A DNA stretch of 64,000 nucleotides from Eledone cirrhosa. Its lineage: Eukaryota. Where the stretch lies: assembly GCA_964016885.1 (NCBI GenBank), contig OZ024741.1, forward strand, positions 205,096,001 to 205,160,000, read 5' to 3'. Shown piece after piece: positions 63,869-64,000 of this stretch. The position numbers and the translations under genes are program-made. Positions within the stretch are counted from its first letter, which is position 1, and every line of letters begins with the position of its first letter. Below the pieces are notes generated by a model. The model saw only the letters and a program-made list of their open reading frames with translations, ran no database searches and had not been told where the DNA came from.

Positions 63869-64000
63869 CTATATAAGACATATAGAAATAAACATTATAC
63901 AATGTCAACAATCTATTAAAAATTAACTATTTGATGGACTGTACCTATAATTTGAGGGCTTCCTCTTCTCACAAACTCATTGTACTTTTAGGTTTACTCC

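Overview
AT-rich, microsatellite- and transposon-dense animal genomic DNA. The SINE and RTE content looks like an octopod cephalopod (inference). Two host genes converge tail to tail. On the minus strand are the last 11 coding exons of the splicing factor CDC40/PRP17 (63868 down to the stop at 6147, all GT-AG with consistent phases; the 5' exons lie beyond the window). On the plus strand is a terminal exon (1994-2077) ending in a CaaX box (CTIL) that aligns without gaps to the C-terminus of MIEN1/Rdx12 as I recall it. The introns hold many decayed RTE-type LINEs with a PHD finger inside the RT, a full-length Vingi/Ingi-type LINE with a TSD, a Penelope-like remnant, two tRNA-derived SINE families, mariner/maT, piggyBac- and hAT-type MITEs and a non-autonomous Helitron. 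The most interesting signals are RNA structures. They are a near-textbook CPEB3/HDV-like ribozyme starting at the first base of the Vingi element, minimal hammerhead motifs, a ~47-nt covarying pseudoknot-like unit that is tandemly amplified and shared between LINE 5' UTRs, LINE 3' UTRs and SINEs, and a (TA)n-inserted hairpin element whose arms show compensatory changes.
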